Shown in pieces: positions 48,001-60,000 of a stretch of 64,000 bases of DNA. Source of the DNA: Macrostomum lignano (lineage: Eukaryota). The stretch covers positions 62,001 through 126,000 of the forward strand of contig NIVC01001280.1 in NCBI GenBank assembly GCA_002269645.1, given 5' to 3'. The notes under the pieces are model-generated. The model was not told the origin of the DNA. It saw nothing but the letters and a program-made list of their open reading frames with translations, and did not search any database. Every line of letters starts with the position of its first letter. Within the stretch, counting starts at the first letter, position 1. The position numbers were made by a program, and so were the translations under genes.

Positions 48001-51000
48001 ATCCAATAATCTAGTGACAATCCAATAATCTTGTGACAATCCAATAATCTTGTGACAAAACATTTGCTGCGCAGACAGAGGCTCCACTGATGGTGCGGCC
48101 GTTCCTACCGCTCATGACCAAGTCCGAGATACACAGCGTGATGACCTCAGGGTTTGCCACCATCGCTGGGGGTGTCCTGGCCGCGTACATCAGCATGGGG
48201 GTGCCCGCCAGGCACCTGCTCAGTGCCAGCGTCATGTCCGCTCCCGCCGCCCTGGCAGTCAGTAAGCTGGTCTACCCGGAGACTCGCAAATCGCGGACTC
48301 GAGTCGAGGACGTGAGGCGCCTCAAGCTCGCTCGCTACCGCGGCATCGTGGAGGCTGCTGGCGCAGGCGCCATCGCCTCGCTGTCCGTCATCGGCGCCAT
48401 CGCAGCCAACCTCATCGCGTTTGTCAGCATCCTGGCCTTCATCAATTCTACGATTACATGGCTCGGCTACAGAGCGGGCCTGAGCTTCCCGCTCACATTC
48501 GAGTTCGTGCTGTCGTTCTTGTTCTGGCCGCTGGCGCTGGTCATGGGAGTCCCTCCCAGAGACTGCCGACAGGTGGCCGAGCTGATCGGCATCAAGACTT
48601 TTCTAAACGAGTTCATCGCCTACCAGCGGCTCGGTGAGCGGTCTGTTTGTGCGGTTTGTTTTTAATTTCTTCCCAGAACTTTAGAGCTTAACTCAATGTT
48701 TTTAGGCGACATCAAGAAGAACTACAATGCTCTTTCGGCAGCAATGGGGAACCTGACAGAGGTGGAGCACAGCTGGAGTGGAACAGATGTAGTGTTTCCA
48801 TCTCTGAACCTTACGCTGCCGGGCGGAGTTCTTTTCGAGGTGAGCGGATACCTTAATAGACATTTTGAAGTCCTGAGAATAAGGAGATTGCCATCATAAA
48901 CTGTCATACGAGTACTGCGCATAAGCTTTCACTTTTCCATTGTTTTTTGGGCTGACAAAGTATCATTACATCTCTCCTAAACTGAACGCTTTTTAGTTCA
49001 CTTTTATTCAATCTTGAAATCAGATCTCTTAACTGTCTCACAAGCTAATTTGGAGCATTTTGAAGTTCAGAAGTTCTGCTTTTACCTCGCGTACTACTAG
49101 CGCAGTATATTTATTTATGCTTTAAAATTCACAGGACAAATCGTTTGTGATCGCCACTTACTCTCTGTGCGGCTTCTCTAACCTGGGCAGCATGGGCATC
49201 CTGATTGGCGCCCTGACCGCCATGGCGCCCAGCCGCAGGGCCGACATCGCCCACTGCGGCCCGAGAGCCCTGGTTGCAGGCAGCATCGCCTGCTTCATCA
49301 CCGCCTGTATTGCAGGTAAGCAGCTCGTACTAGTGGGCTGCAGCGGGATTCATTATCTGTGTGTTATCCGTCATCAGGACCTTTCTGAGTAAGTGCGAGA
49401 CTGTTGCTTCTTGGTGTGGATCTGTGGTGAGTGCAAGGCGAGTGCATTAGGTCTGCATTCGTGATATTTCGGACGACAGAACGACCGCAATTTGAATTCA
49501 GAACCTCGAAACTTCGCGGCTTGTCCAAATCCCCCAACGCCTCCACTGTTTGCTTCACCCTGAGTGCCTTGACTCTTGACCAGATTGACTCTTCACGCTT
49601 GCTTCTTGTGTCCTGGGTCTTGTGGTTGGATGACACACGACTTTTAATGATGCACATGCTGTATGCATGGTGTATGCATTGTGTGTGCATGGTGTGTGCA
49701 TGGTGTATGCATGGTGTATGCATGGTGTATGCATGGTGTATGCATGGTGTATGCATGGTGTATGCATGGTGTATGCATGGTGTGTGCATGGTGTATGCAT
49801 GGTGTGTGCATGGTGTATGCATGGTGTATGCATGGTGTGTGCATGGTGTATGCATGGTGTATGCATGGTGTGTGCATGGTGTGTGCATGGTGTGTGCATG
49901 GTGTATGCATGGTGTATGCATGGTGTATGCATGGTGTGTGCATGGTGTGTGCATGGTGTATGCATGGTGTATGCATGGTGTGTGCATGGTGTATGCATGG
50001 TGTATGCATGGTGTGTGCATGGTGTGTGCATGGTGTGTGCATGGTGTATGCATGGTGTATGCATGGTGTATGCATGGTGTATGCATGGTGTGTGCATGGT
50101 GTGTGCATGGTGTGTGCATGGTGTGTGCATGGTGTATGCATGGTGTATGCATGGTGTATGCATGGTGTATGCATGGTGTGTGCATGGTGTGTGCATGGTG
50201 TGTGCATGGTGTATGCATGGTGTATGCATGGTGTGTGCATGGTGTATGCATGGTGTATGCATGGTGTATGCATGGTGTGTGCATGGTGTGTGCATGGTGT
50301 ATGCATGGTGTATGCATGGTGTATGCATGGTGTATGCATGGTGTATGCATGGTGTATGCATGGTGTATGCATGGTGTATGCATGGTGTGTGCATGGTGTA
50401 TGCATGGTGTGTGCATGGTGTGTGCATGGTGTGTGCATGGTGTATGCATGGTGTGTGCATGGTGTGTGCATGGTGTGTGCATGGTGTGTGCATGGTGTGT
50501 GCATGGTGTGTGCATGGTGTATGCATGGTGTATGCATGGTGTGTGCATGGTGTGTGCATGGTGTATGCATGGTGTATGCATGGTGTATGCATGGTGTATG
50601 CATGGTGTGTGCATGGTGTGTGCATGGTGTGTGCATGGTGTATGCATGGTGTGTGCATGGTGTGTGCATGGTGTGTGCATGGTGTGTGCATGGTGTGTGC
50701 ATGGTGTGTGCATGGTGTATGCATGGTGTATGCATGGTGTATGCATGGTGTGTGCATGGTGTGTGCATGGTGTATGCATGGTGTATGCATGGTGTATGCA
50801 TGGTGTATGCATGGTGTGTGCATGGTGTATGCATGGTGTATGCATGGTGTGTGCATGGTGTATGCATGGTGTATGCATGGTGTGTGCATGGTGTATGCAT
50901 GGTGTATGCATGGTGTATGCATGGTGTGTGCATGGTGTGTGCATGGTGTATGCATGGTGTATGCATGGTGTGTGCATGGTGTATGCATGGTGTATGCATG

Positions 51001-51921
51001 GTGTGTGCATGGTGTGTGCATGGTGTGTGCATGGTGTATGCATGGTGTATGCATGGTGTATGCATGGTGTATGCATGGTGTGTGCATGGTGTGTGCATGG
51101 TGTGTGCATGGTGTGTGCATGGTGTATGCATGGTGTATGCATGGTGTATGCATGGTGTATGCATGGTGTGTGCATGGTGTGTGCATGGTGTGTGCATGGT
51201 GTATGCATGGTGTATGCATGGTGTGTGCATGGTGTATGCATGGTGTATGCATGGTGTATGCATGGTGTGTGCATGGTGTGTGCATGGTGTATGCATGGTG
51301 TATGCATGGTGTGTGCATGGTGTATGCATGGTGTATGCATGGTGTGTGCATGGTGTGTGCATGGTGTGTGCATGGTGTATGCATGGTGTATGCATGGTGT
51401 ATGCATGGTGTATGCATGGTGTGTGCATGGTGTGTGCATGGTGTGTGCATGGTGTGTGCATGGTGTATGCATGGTGTGTGCATGGTGTATGCATGGTGTG
51501 TGCATGGTGTGTGCATGGTGTGTGCATGGTGTATGCATGGTGTGTGCATGGTGTGTGCATGGTGTGTGCATGGTGTGTGCATGGTGTGTGCATGGTGTAT
51601 GCATGGTGTATGCATGGTGTATGCATGGTGTGTGCATGGTGTATGCATGGTGTGTGCATGGTGTGTGCATGGTGTGTGCATGGTGTGTGCATGGTGTATG
51701 CATGGTGTATGCATGGTGTATGCATGGTGTATGCATGGTGTGATCATGGCGTGAGCATGGCGTGTGCATGATATGTTAAATCGCTCAGTATTTTAGCGAA
51801 AGATATTGTAAGCTTGATTTTTTGCTCTTCAAAGGTTTGTGAATAGAAACATTACGGTGCAAACGTTTCGAAATTTTCAGGCCTTTTCTTCACTGACGCA
51901 GATCTGGTGCTGAATTTTTGA
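45054..51921 (+). CDS. SLC28A: Concentrative nucleoside transporter (SLC28/CNT family), paralog A; 7 exons
   Basis: Exons 45054-45767, 45937-46128, 46202-46363, 48075-48633, 48706-48839, 49135-49315 and 51881-51921. CNT motifs: VNWKPV, AFKILPIIVFFSS, ANIFVGQTEAPL, GFATIAG, HLLSASVMSAPAALA, KTFLNEFIAY, YSLCGFSNLGS. Confidence 0.93.
46749..48057. repeat. Intronic minisatellite, 19-bp unit (CAATCCAATAATCTAGTGA), roughly 68 copies
   Basis: Direct periodicity in CNT-A intron 3, with CTAG/CCAG/CTTG variants. Confidence 0.97.
49655..51769. repeat. Intronic satellite, 11-bp unit GCATGGTGT(A/G)T, roughly 190 copies
   Basis: Direct periodicity in CNT-A intron 6; explains the 700-800 aa ORFs found in five frames. 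Confidence 0.98.
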
Positions 51922-52870
51922 TGCGCCGCTCTAGTAGGGCGTCAGGGCTCCTGAACAATCTGAGAGACTATATTATAATTTGAACTCTTAAAAATAAGAG
52001 TACTCGTACCTAGTGCGGGTAAAGGCATGTTTCAGTACAAAAATCCCATCTTTTGAATTGAGTTTCTGCAAGCGCAGAGAGGTTTCCTAAAGTGTTTGAA
52101 TTGAACTCCTGCTTCTTTCGAACAAGACTGTTCAAAATACCTGTAAGAGGTAAAATGGTTTATTTTATCGCATTATAATCGTTGCATGCTTCGTTTCGAA
52201 TCAGCCACGGATCGAAACTAAACTAATGGAGTTAATTATTTGTAATTTCTCACAATTGATATCCTTACTGAGACGATTCTATGGAATCGACTATAGTCAG
52301 TGTTGCATATGTACAATAAGCCAACCGATATTTTCTCAAAATTAATTTTTGCTCGGTCAAGCATCATTATTCCGTGATTTTCCCAGTCTGTTGATAGTTT
52401 TTAAGGCTTCCCAATTCAAATTTGTTTTATAAAAATTAATCACGCGTCTTTATAAGACCATAAATTATTAATTATCTTGGATTTTGCAACAATTTGTTGG
52501 CTTGTAGGTGCCCCATTTTGAATTAATAAAATGAAAAACCGGTTAATTTATTTCGTAACTGAAAATTTCATCAAAAAGTAATCAAAATATTTCGTCTTTA
52601 CCACCGCGACTACTTCTGGTTTGAAACCTTGCAAAAATCAATACTCGCATTCATGCTGCAATTTCGCGTGTTGTTTCTTTTTGAATCTCAACTGGTTTGT
52701 ATTAGTTTTAATAAGTTGGTTTATTGGCTTATATGTGAAATTTCGGTATAACAAAGCAACCCCTTGGTGCATGATCCGTCTGATTGTTTTCAAGTACGAG
52801 CAAGCACCTCTCGAGAATAGGTATAGCTTGTCAAGAAGTCTGCAAGCGGTCGGGGCTGTTGTATATTCTG

Positions 52871-55480
52871 TGGGCTGTTGTCCTCAGGACCTCGGGTCCT
52901 GCAAAAAATGGCGTGGTGAACTATTAGTACAGTATGAGTCTGGTATGGCCCACAAAATACACCAGAATGCTCAATCGCTGGCGGAATGCGTATTGAACTG
53001 TAATCCCTACTTTTCCTGTGAAGATTACGAGTAAGACTCGTAATTTTAATATTATTGGTGTGGTACACAGGTTCATCATCTTGCAAATTTTCAGGGCTGT
53101 TTCACAAACAGTGCAGCAAAAACTGAAGGGGCGAACTGTAACACGAAGGGGCGAAGTGGAAGAAATTCTGAGGGTATGGCCCCTTTCCCAGCCACAGATG
53201 CTCACGCATGCCTCTTTCGGCTGTACGAGCGTACGGGAACAAGAGACTGTCTCCTATTTTAACCTTGCAAGGCGCACTTCAAAGGCTACTTGTTCCGATG
53301 GGTGCTAAGTCAGGTCACTTGGGTCTTGCGGAGCAGATTCGTTGGAGCCGAGGTCCAGGTGTGACCATAAACTCCCCCTATAGGTTCCAGTGTAACTCCA
53401 TGCGGATGGACGCTTGGCCAGGGAGTACACATTTAGACTGGTCGCAAACGTTTCCCTTGGGTCATTGGTCCCCCTGCGCAGGGTATCAGCTATGGTTATT
53501 AATAAAGATAAAAAATAAGAGAAGATAAAAAAAATTTCTTTTTCTCTTGGGGACTTGCCGCTTGGTTTGGGGTAGTGACCTTGCGATTCTGCGGTCATAC
53601 CACCTGCTACCATCGGGGACGCCTCGGCGAGACCTGTGAAGCAATCCCTGTGCGGTGCCTCTGGATAAGACACCCGCCGCTCCAACTACCAAAAAGCAGC
53701 TGAGCACCACCTCTGGAGCTGCCCACCGCCGACTTAATAAGGCACAGCGCGCCAAGGAGGGCAGAAACCCAACCGGCGCCAGAAGCCAACGGCCCCGCGG
53801 CTCCGGAAGCTTCCTGGTCTGGAGCGGAGGCGGATGAGGGTCCTGAGCCCACTGAAGTCCCTGCTAAGGACATAGAAGCTGATACAGCCGGAAAGGGGGA
53901 CAGTCCACCTGCCAAAGACTCCGCCGAACCAAGACGCAACAGGAGGTTGTCATTCTTGGGAAGGACACGCGTCTGTCCCCCGATCAACTGAAGCAGGTGA
54001 GCTGCACAATTGATGGCTCACTCTAAAAGGCACACCTAAACATTCACTAAGATGCAACGAGGGACAGTGATTCTGACTCGGGACGGCGGCTTCTTGATCT
54101 GCTGTCCGAGCAGAGCTGGGACCTTAACCTAGGCTGCTGCAGGACGAACGCCCCCGGACCAAGAGTCATACGAGTATAATCTGGGTTTCGGCGAGGTGCG
54201 TCGTTACCTCTGCCGATAAGTTCCGTAGCGGACTGCTTGCAGTCAATCGAGAGCTCCCCGCCATGGGCCTAGAGGGGCACGACACCCTAAAATGCGCCGA
54301 AAGCACCGGCTTCGCAGCCATCCTGGGGTTGTCCGACACCTAAATATTTAAGAAGTCTTATTTGGTTGTAGTAACTCAGCGTTTATTGAGAGTTTTGAGA
54401 AAGAGAGCGAGAGAGGGTTAACATTGAATTTAGCTCTGGCGTAGCTCAAACAAAACTGAGTTGTACAGGTCGGGAGTCGGAGACCATAGACATAATTAAG
54501 AATTCTATTCTAGAAAATTCCAGAAGGGAAACTGGGATACACTTCCATGTTAATAGAGATGTCTATTTTAAGATAAAATATTACTTATTAAAGCAACACC
54601 TTTAACACTTAATGTAAGCGTTACTCGCACGACAGCCTCATCAATGCCGGCTCTAAAAGCTGCGACGAGGCCGACCCTCCACGTGGTATCGAGCACGGCA
54701 GGCGGCAGGCAGTACAGCCATGGCGCCATCTGATTCAGCGTACAGCTGAAGCGGTCCGCACTCTCAAAATTAGCCAACTAGGGTGAGAGGTCGCCTGGAC
54801 GCCTAGGCGCATCAGCTTGTCCAGGGACCTCAGCGCAGGGCTGACTAGAGACGGATCCGCCTTCCCAGGCGGCTGGCAATGGGCCAATCCGAGGTGGAGA
54901 ACCCCGCAGCCGGTGGACGAAGGGCAGCGAAAGTCGCCTATACTGCCTTACGACTGGTCAGGGGCCTTCTGCTGAGGAGCCCATGGATACATGTACCAGT
55001 GGTTCAACCCGAAGCTAGTGAGCGCCGAGGAGGAGGAACTCCTGGCGGCCGCAACGCCCGATCTGCAATGATGCCAACCTGGTGTCTGGAGATCAACACC
55101 CATCAATGCTTGGCGGCGTCAGTCAATCTGATGACAGAGCAACTGCTCCAGGGCCTGACTGTCCAGAAGCCCTTCGACTTGGGACATCTGCATTTTCTAA
55201 ATCCAGGAATTGTGACCTTCTTTCCAAGAAATCCACGCTGGTAGCATCCGCCTAATTTCCAGGCGATACTCCAGTGATCAGCGACGCGCTCATTGATTAT
55301 GCGCGTCATTTAGAGATGCTCATTGCAGGGGATGTGAAAGCGCACCAACCGGCATTGGTGTGGCAACAACATTAACAACAAAGGCGAAGAGCTGCTGGCC
55401 TATGTCAGCAGCATGAACCTCAACTTCTGATACTAGGGCAGCACAACCACGTTCAACAAAGGACGGTAGGCCACCGTCAT
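52871..55480 (+). mobile_element. Degenerate, 3'-deleted copy of the 23515-29320 LINE family (5'UTR, ORF1 and part of the endonuclease)
   Basis: Collinear similarity to the reverse complement of 29320 to about 26780 (e.g. CAGGACCTCGGGTCCTG, ACCTGCTACCATCGGGGACGCCTCGGCGAGACC, GATCTGCAATGATGCC, GGCGAAGAGCTGCTGGCCTATGTCAGCAGCA); many indels and two foreign insertions; no RT. Confidence 0.9.
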
Positions 55481-57098
55481 CTGGAGACGGAACATCATTA
55501 TCATAAAATATAAAAATCTACACTTGGCATGCACATTTTTTAATAATAATAATAACAATAGAAGGTGGAGAGGAAGGTCAAGTAGCCGAAATGAGCGAAA
55601 AAGTGTCCGAAACCTCCTACCACAGAGGTTGCTGCATTGTGATGTATCAACCCTGTCCGCTTCCCCTTTCCTTAACAGCACAGGTTCGGCCGTATTGGCT
55701 GGAGCCGCCAGCGGCTGAACACTGGTGAACACCCAGAGGATTGAAGGGTACAAAGGCCGCACCATAGCCTGCGGGTTGTTAGCGCAACAGGTGATCTTTC
55801 GCGGGCAATCCTACTACCTGCTTTGGCTGGGATGGGCCCTGGTTACCTTGCTCGTCCTTGCGCTCTCTCTTATCAAGGCTGTCACCCTAATCATATTGCC
55901 GCCTTCTGCTTGTGTCTGCACCTTCCTACTTTCTTATCTATACACTCCACTCCTTGTCTTTGTGACTCTTAGTTTAGTGGAAGTTTTTCTTATATAGAAT
56001 AAACTTCAGGGCCGTACAAGCCTCTATAGCAATTGGTAGTTTTTTTTTGCCAGTTAAAGTCAGTGCAACTTAAATAATTTCCCATCCTTTCCCATTAAAA
56101 GAGGTAAGTTGAATACTTTGGATTCTATGATCTTATATTAAAAAAAATAAGTGGACAAACTAAAGGCAATAAGACACTCAAGGCAAGCATGCAGACACTG
56201 GTCAGGGTTGATGAAGACGCCTGAATAAGCTGGCAAGCAACTTTGCTGAATGGAAAGGAGAAACTGGCGAATCAGCGGACTGTCTGTAGTTGTGCTGTGC
56301 GTTTTACTGTTGGCAGACAGTAAAACCCCAAGTTGGTCTAGCAGTAGAGCTGTACAAGTCTGCTTCAATCAACCCCTGTCCCACTGCCACTGTGTTCATG
56401 CAGGCGAATGCATTTGCGAGGAAATATTTGACATTGGCATTTGAAATTGACACTGGGAACCGAACCACTTGGGATGAGGGTCACGAATCAACCAAAAGGT
56501 TGATACCAGCTTTCAAAATTGAGCCCGTGCATTCGATTTAAAACGCAGGAATAAAAACTTTTAGTTCGTTATAAACAACGAACCGTATAAGTCTCGTGAA
56601 CTTCAATCGGCGCATCTAAATTTTAATTGACCTCAGTATAGCAGTAAACTGCTTAAGAATCTTAATCGCCGAGAAAACCGAGAAAACTATTTTTGCTCAA
56701 GAATCGTCTCTTTTGACTTGCAAAACATCTGGCCTAAACTTGTAGTAAGTCTTAAAAGTTCCTGCAATCTTTACTCTAAATTTTATTTTAATATCCGGGA
56801 AATTTCTCCCCGATTAATTTCCAAAATGCGTTCTAAATAAGTTCTCGTACCAAATTTTGCAAAATAGTTCAGACTTTTAAAAGTAATTGTACCAGTTTGG
56901 TGAATGGTTTCCGAAATATACTATCAAAACTTTTGTTCGAATTTTTCGTTGCTTCCTAAAGCTTCCTCTAATTTTAATCCCGAAAAGCAAGTACAGCCAA
57001 GGATTTAGAGCAAGGGCTCTGCAAGTTGCTTTCGTACAAGTAAAATTTTTCTAGCCAGAGAACAACCAGTCTACCCAAAAATCATTCGCCCCTCAGCA

Positions 57099-60000
57099 AT
57101 GCAGTTGGACATTCAACGAACTTCAAACCCAGCAGCTGATGAGGCGGCATTTGGAGTGGCGGACGAGGTTGCTGACGTGGACTTCGAGGAGCTGCCACCA
57201 CGTGACGACTGCTGGCACCGGCTGTGCGTCCGGCTGCTCTGCTCCGCCGAGGGCGCGGCTCGTCGCAAGCGGCTCGTCGGCATCGCCAAGTGGCTGACGG
57301 CGGCAGCGGCGGCGCTCGCCTTCCTGGCCTACTTGGCTTACTGCAGCTTCCTGCTGGCCACAAGATTCCGCGGCACCCCGGAGGCTGAGCAGAGCATCCG
57401 CCTGCTGTGGGTGTCGGCCTTAGCCATCCTGCTGACTGTCATCAGCTGGGCTCCTCGGTGCTGTGGGCCCTCACTGGAGCGAGCGGCTGCCCAGTTAAAG
57501 CAGCTGCGCAGCCGCTACGACCGCCTCTTCCAGCTGGCCAGCACCTTCTGGTGGGTGCCGGAGGCCTTCATTGCCGCCTCCTTCCTCGTGTGGATGGCCG
57601 TGCAGAATCCCGCCAATATCACGTCCGCTTGTGGTCTGCTGCTTCTTCTGCTGCTGTCGCTCGCCGTCTCGGCTCATCCTGAAAGGGTGAACAGCTATCT
57701 ATTTTTTCCAGAGTGAATTCTTTGAATCTTACGGGGTGTGAATAGTAGAAACCACAACTTTTTCACAACTAGAAGGAGTTCAGAAGCCGAGAAATGTTTA
57801 TTTTTTAGACAACCCCCCATCTCAAATTCGGATCCTTGCGAACACACGCCGCACACGTACACAAATACGCCAGGGGCACCTGTACGAAAATGATCGATAA
57901 GGTTCGATGAATTTTATTGTCAAATATTCTGTAAGTAGCGGAGCGCCCTGATAACGTGAATCGGTGAGTGGCCGATGCCCTGGGCGAGTTGTGGTGCTTT
58001 TTTGTTCCCTTTGAATTGATATGAGGCAGCAGGTGATGTCAGCCTACGAGGCTGAGCTGAACCTGAGAATGTGGTAGCATTAGCTACTCTCGCGTGGCTA
58101 GTGTCTTCCAGGCCATCTGGATCTGGGTAGTGTTCTCCAGGATTGTCTGATTTTGGATCAAAGAATATTTCCTGGTAACTGCACTTTGTTCGCAACTTCT
58201 TCCCATCAATGGGAAGTCCAACTGGGGTTATGACCCGCCTGGGCTTCCCTAGTTGGTGACGTTTGCTGCAGGAATGAGGAGAGGCTCTTGATGACATACC
58301 ATTGGCCTCCAATTCTAAATTCTGCGGCCATGCATCTCGCCGCGCTTTTCCAACTTTTTTTAAATTCCAGCTTATTGGCTTGCTGGAGGACAAAATCTAT
58401 TATACACTAGAACTTGGTTTTCAGGTAAACTTCAGACCTGTAGCTGGCGGTGTGGTTCTTCAGCTGATCTTTGCCGCCCTGATTCTGAGAACTTCGTGGG
58501 GCTACAGCTTATTCAACTTCCTCGGCGATCGGGCTGCGGAATTCATAGCTCACTGCCAGCAAGGCTCAAAGTTCGTATTCGGTGAGACGTATCAGGAGCA
58601 CTTCATTGCGTTTGCGGTAAGCAGCTGTCCAAAATGTCAGTAATAATTTCTCATTCTTCAATTCATTCACTCGTGTGAATCCAACTGAAACCTCCAGGTT
58701 TTACCGATAGAGATTTATTTCTCTGCAGTGATCACTGTGCTTTTTCACCAGGGAATCCTGCGGGCTGTTATTTGCAACGTCGGAATTGTCCTGCAGTTTA
58801 TTTTGGACTGCACGGCGGCTGAGAGCATGGTGGCCTCCGCCAACATCTTTGTGGGACTTGTAAGCTGACACTGCTATGCGCTTTACTGTAGGTGTTGCTT
58901 AGGAGTAGCTACTCAGGGTGTTCGCTCGAAAGGGACTAAATTGTCAAGGTGAACTTGCTGTGCCAATTATTTAATTTGTTTACGAGCGTATTTCTACTTT
59001 TGCCACTCCTATGCGAATGCTAATTTGTGAAAAAATAGTTGGCTGCATTGCACTCGCAGTCAAATAGCTTTGCTAGCGTGTCTGATGAGGGAGATACCAA
59101 ACTTTGCGGAAAGGTAAAGGCAATATTTGAACAATATATACGAGTACCTGAGCCAGCCGGTAGGAAGACGTTACTCGTAAAAGACTCTCTAAGTATGTTG
59201 CCTGCGTAAGCCCCAACTGTTTGGTTGAAGTAATTTTAGGTCATCAGCCGAACTGAAGTGAAAGGTTGCAAATATAATAAGGTACCCTGTGTAAGCAGTG
59301 AGGGCAGCGAGCCGTACAAAATAAAGTTGAGATACGCTCATAGTTCTCCCCCCCCCCCCAGATAATCCAGTGATTTATCGCTTAACTCACTGGCAATGAA
59401 ACTGTCTATGACGGAGCAAACATTGACTTTTGAGAAAAGTTCGCTTTGGAAGGCCCCATATTTTAGGGTCCTACACAAGGGTGCTGACAAGGAAGCCTTT
59501 GGAGTCAAATACATTATCAAGCGATTAAAATTTTGGTAGCATTTACTATTAACCTTTTACTAAAATACTTTTCATTTTGTCAATGAAACGCTTGGGAAGA
59601 TTAAAAATACATATCTACTGGTGGCTCATATAGTATATTCGCACATAGTTGATTTTAACCTTCCGCAAAGCTCCAAAGTCGATATTTTGCTCCACGAAAT
59701 ATTTCTCAGGCTGAAGCCGCTATGATGGTGCGGCCTTTCCTACCGCTCATGACCAAGTCCGAGTTGCACAGCGTGATGACCTCCGGACTTGCCACCATTG
59801 CCGGGGGCGTCATGGCCGCGTACATCAGCATGGGGGTGCCCGCCAGGCACCTGCTCAGTGCCAGCGTCATGTCCGCCCCCGCCGCCCTGGCAGTCAGTAA
59901 GCTGGTCTACCCGGAGACTCGCAAATCGCGGACTCGAGTCGAGGACGTGAGGCGCCTCAAGCTCGCTCGCTACGGCGGCATCGTGGAGGCTGCTGGCGCA

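Noticed and set aside
46849-48235. Repetitive SLDYWIVTRLLDCH ORFs on the minus strand
   Set aside because: Translations of the 19-bp minisatellite.
49364-51771. Five overlapping 693-801 aa ORFs (His/Cys/Met-rich)
   Set aside because: Artefacts of a stop-free 11-bp satellite inside CNT-A intron 6.
54367-54629. Possible solo LTR (TG...CA ends, minus-strand AATAAA) inserted in the relic LINE
   Set aside because: An insertion is present, but there is no 4-6 bp TSD and the terminal inverted repeat is weak, so it cannot be classified.
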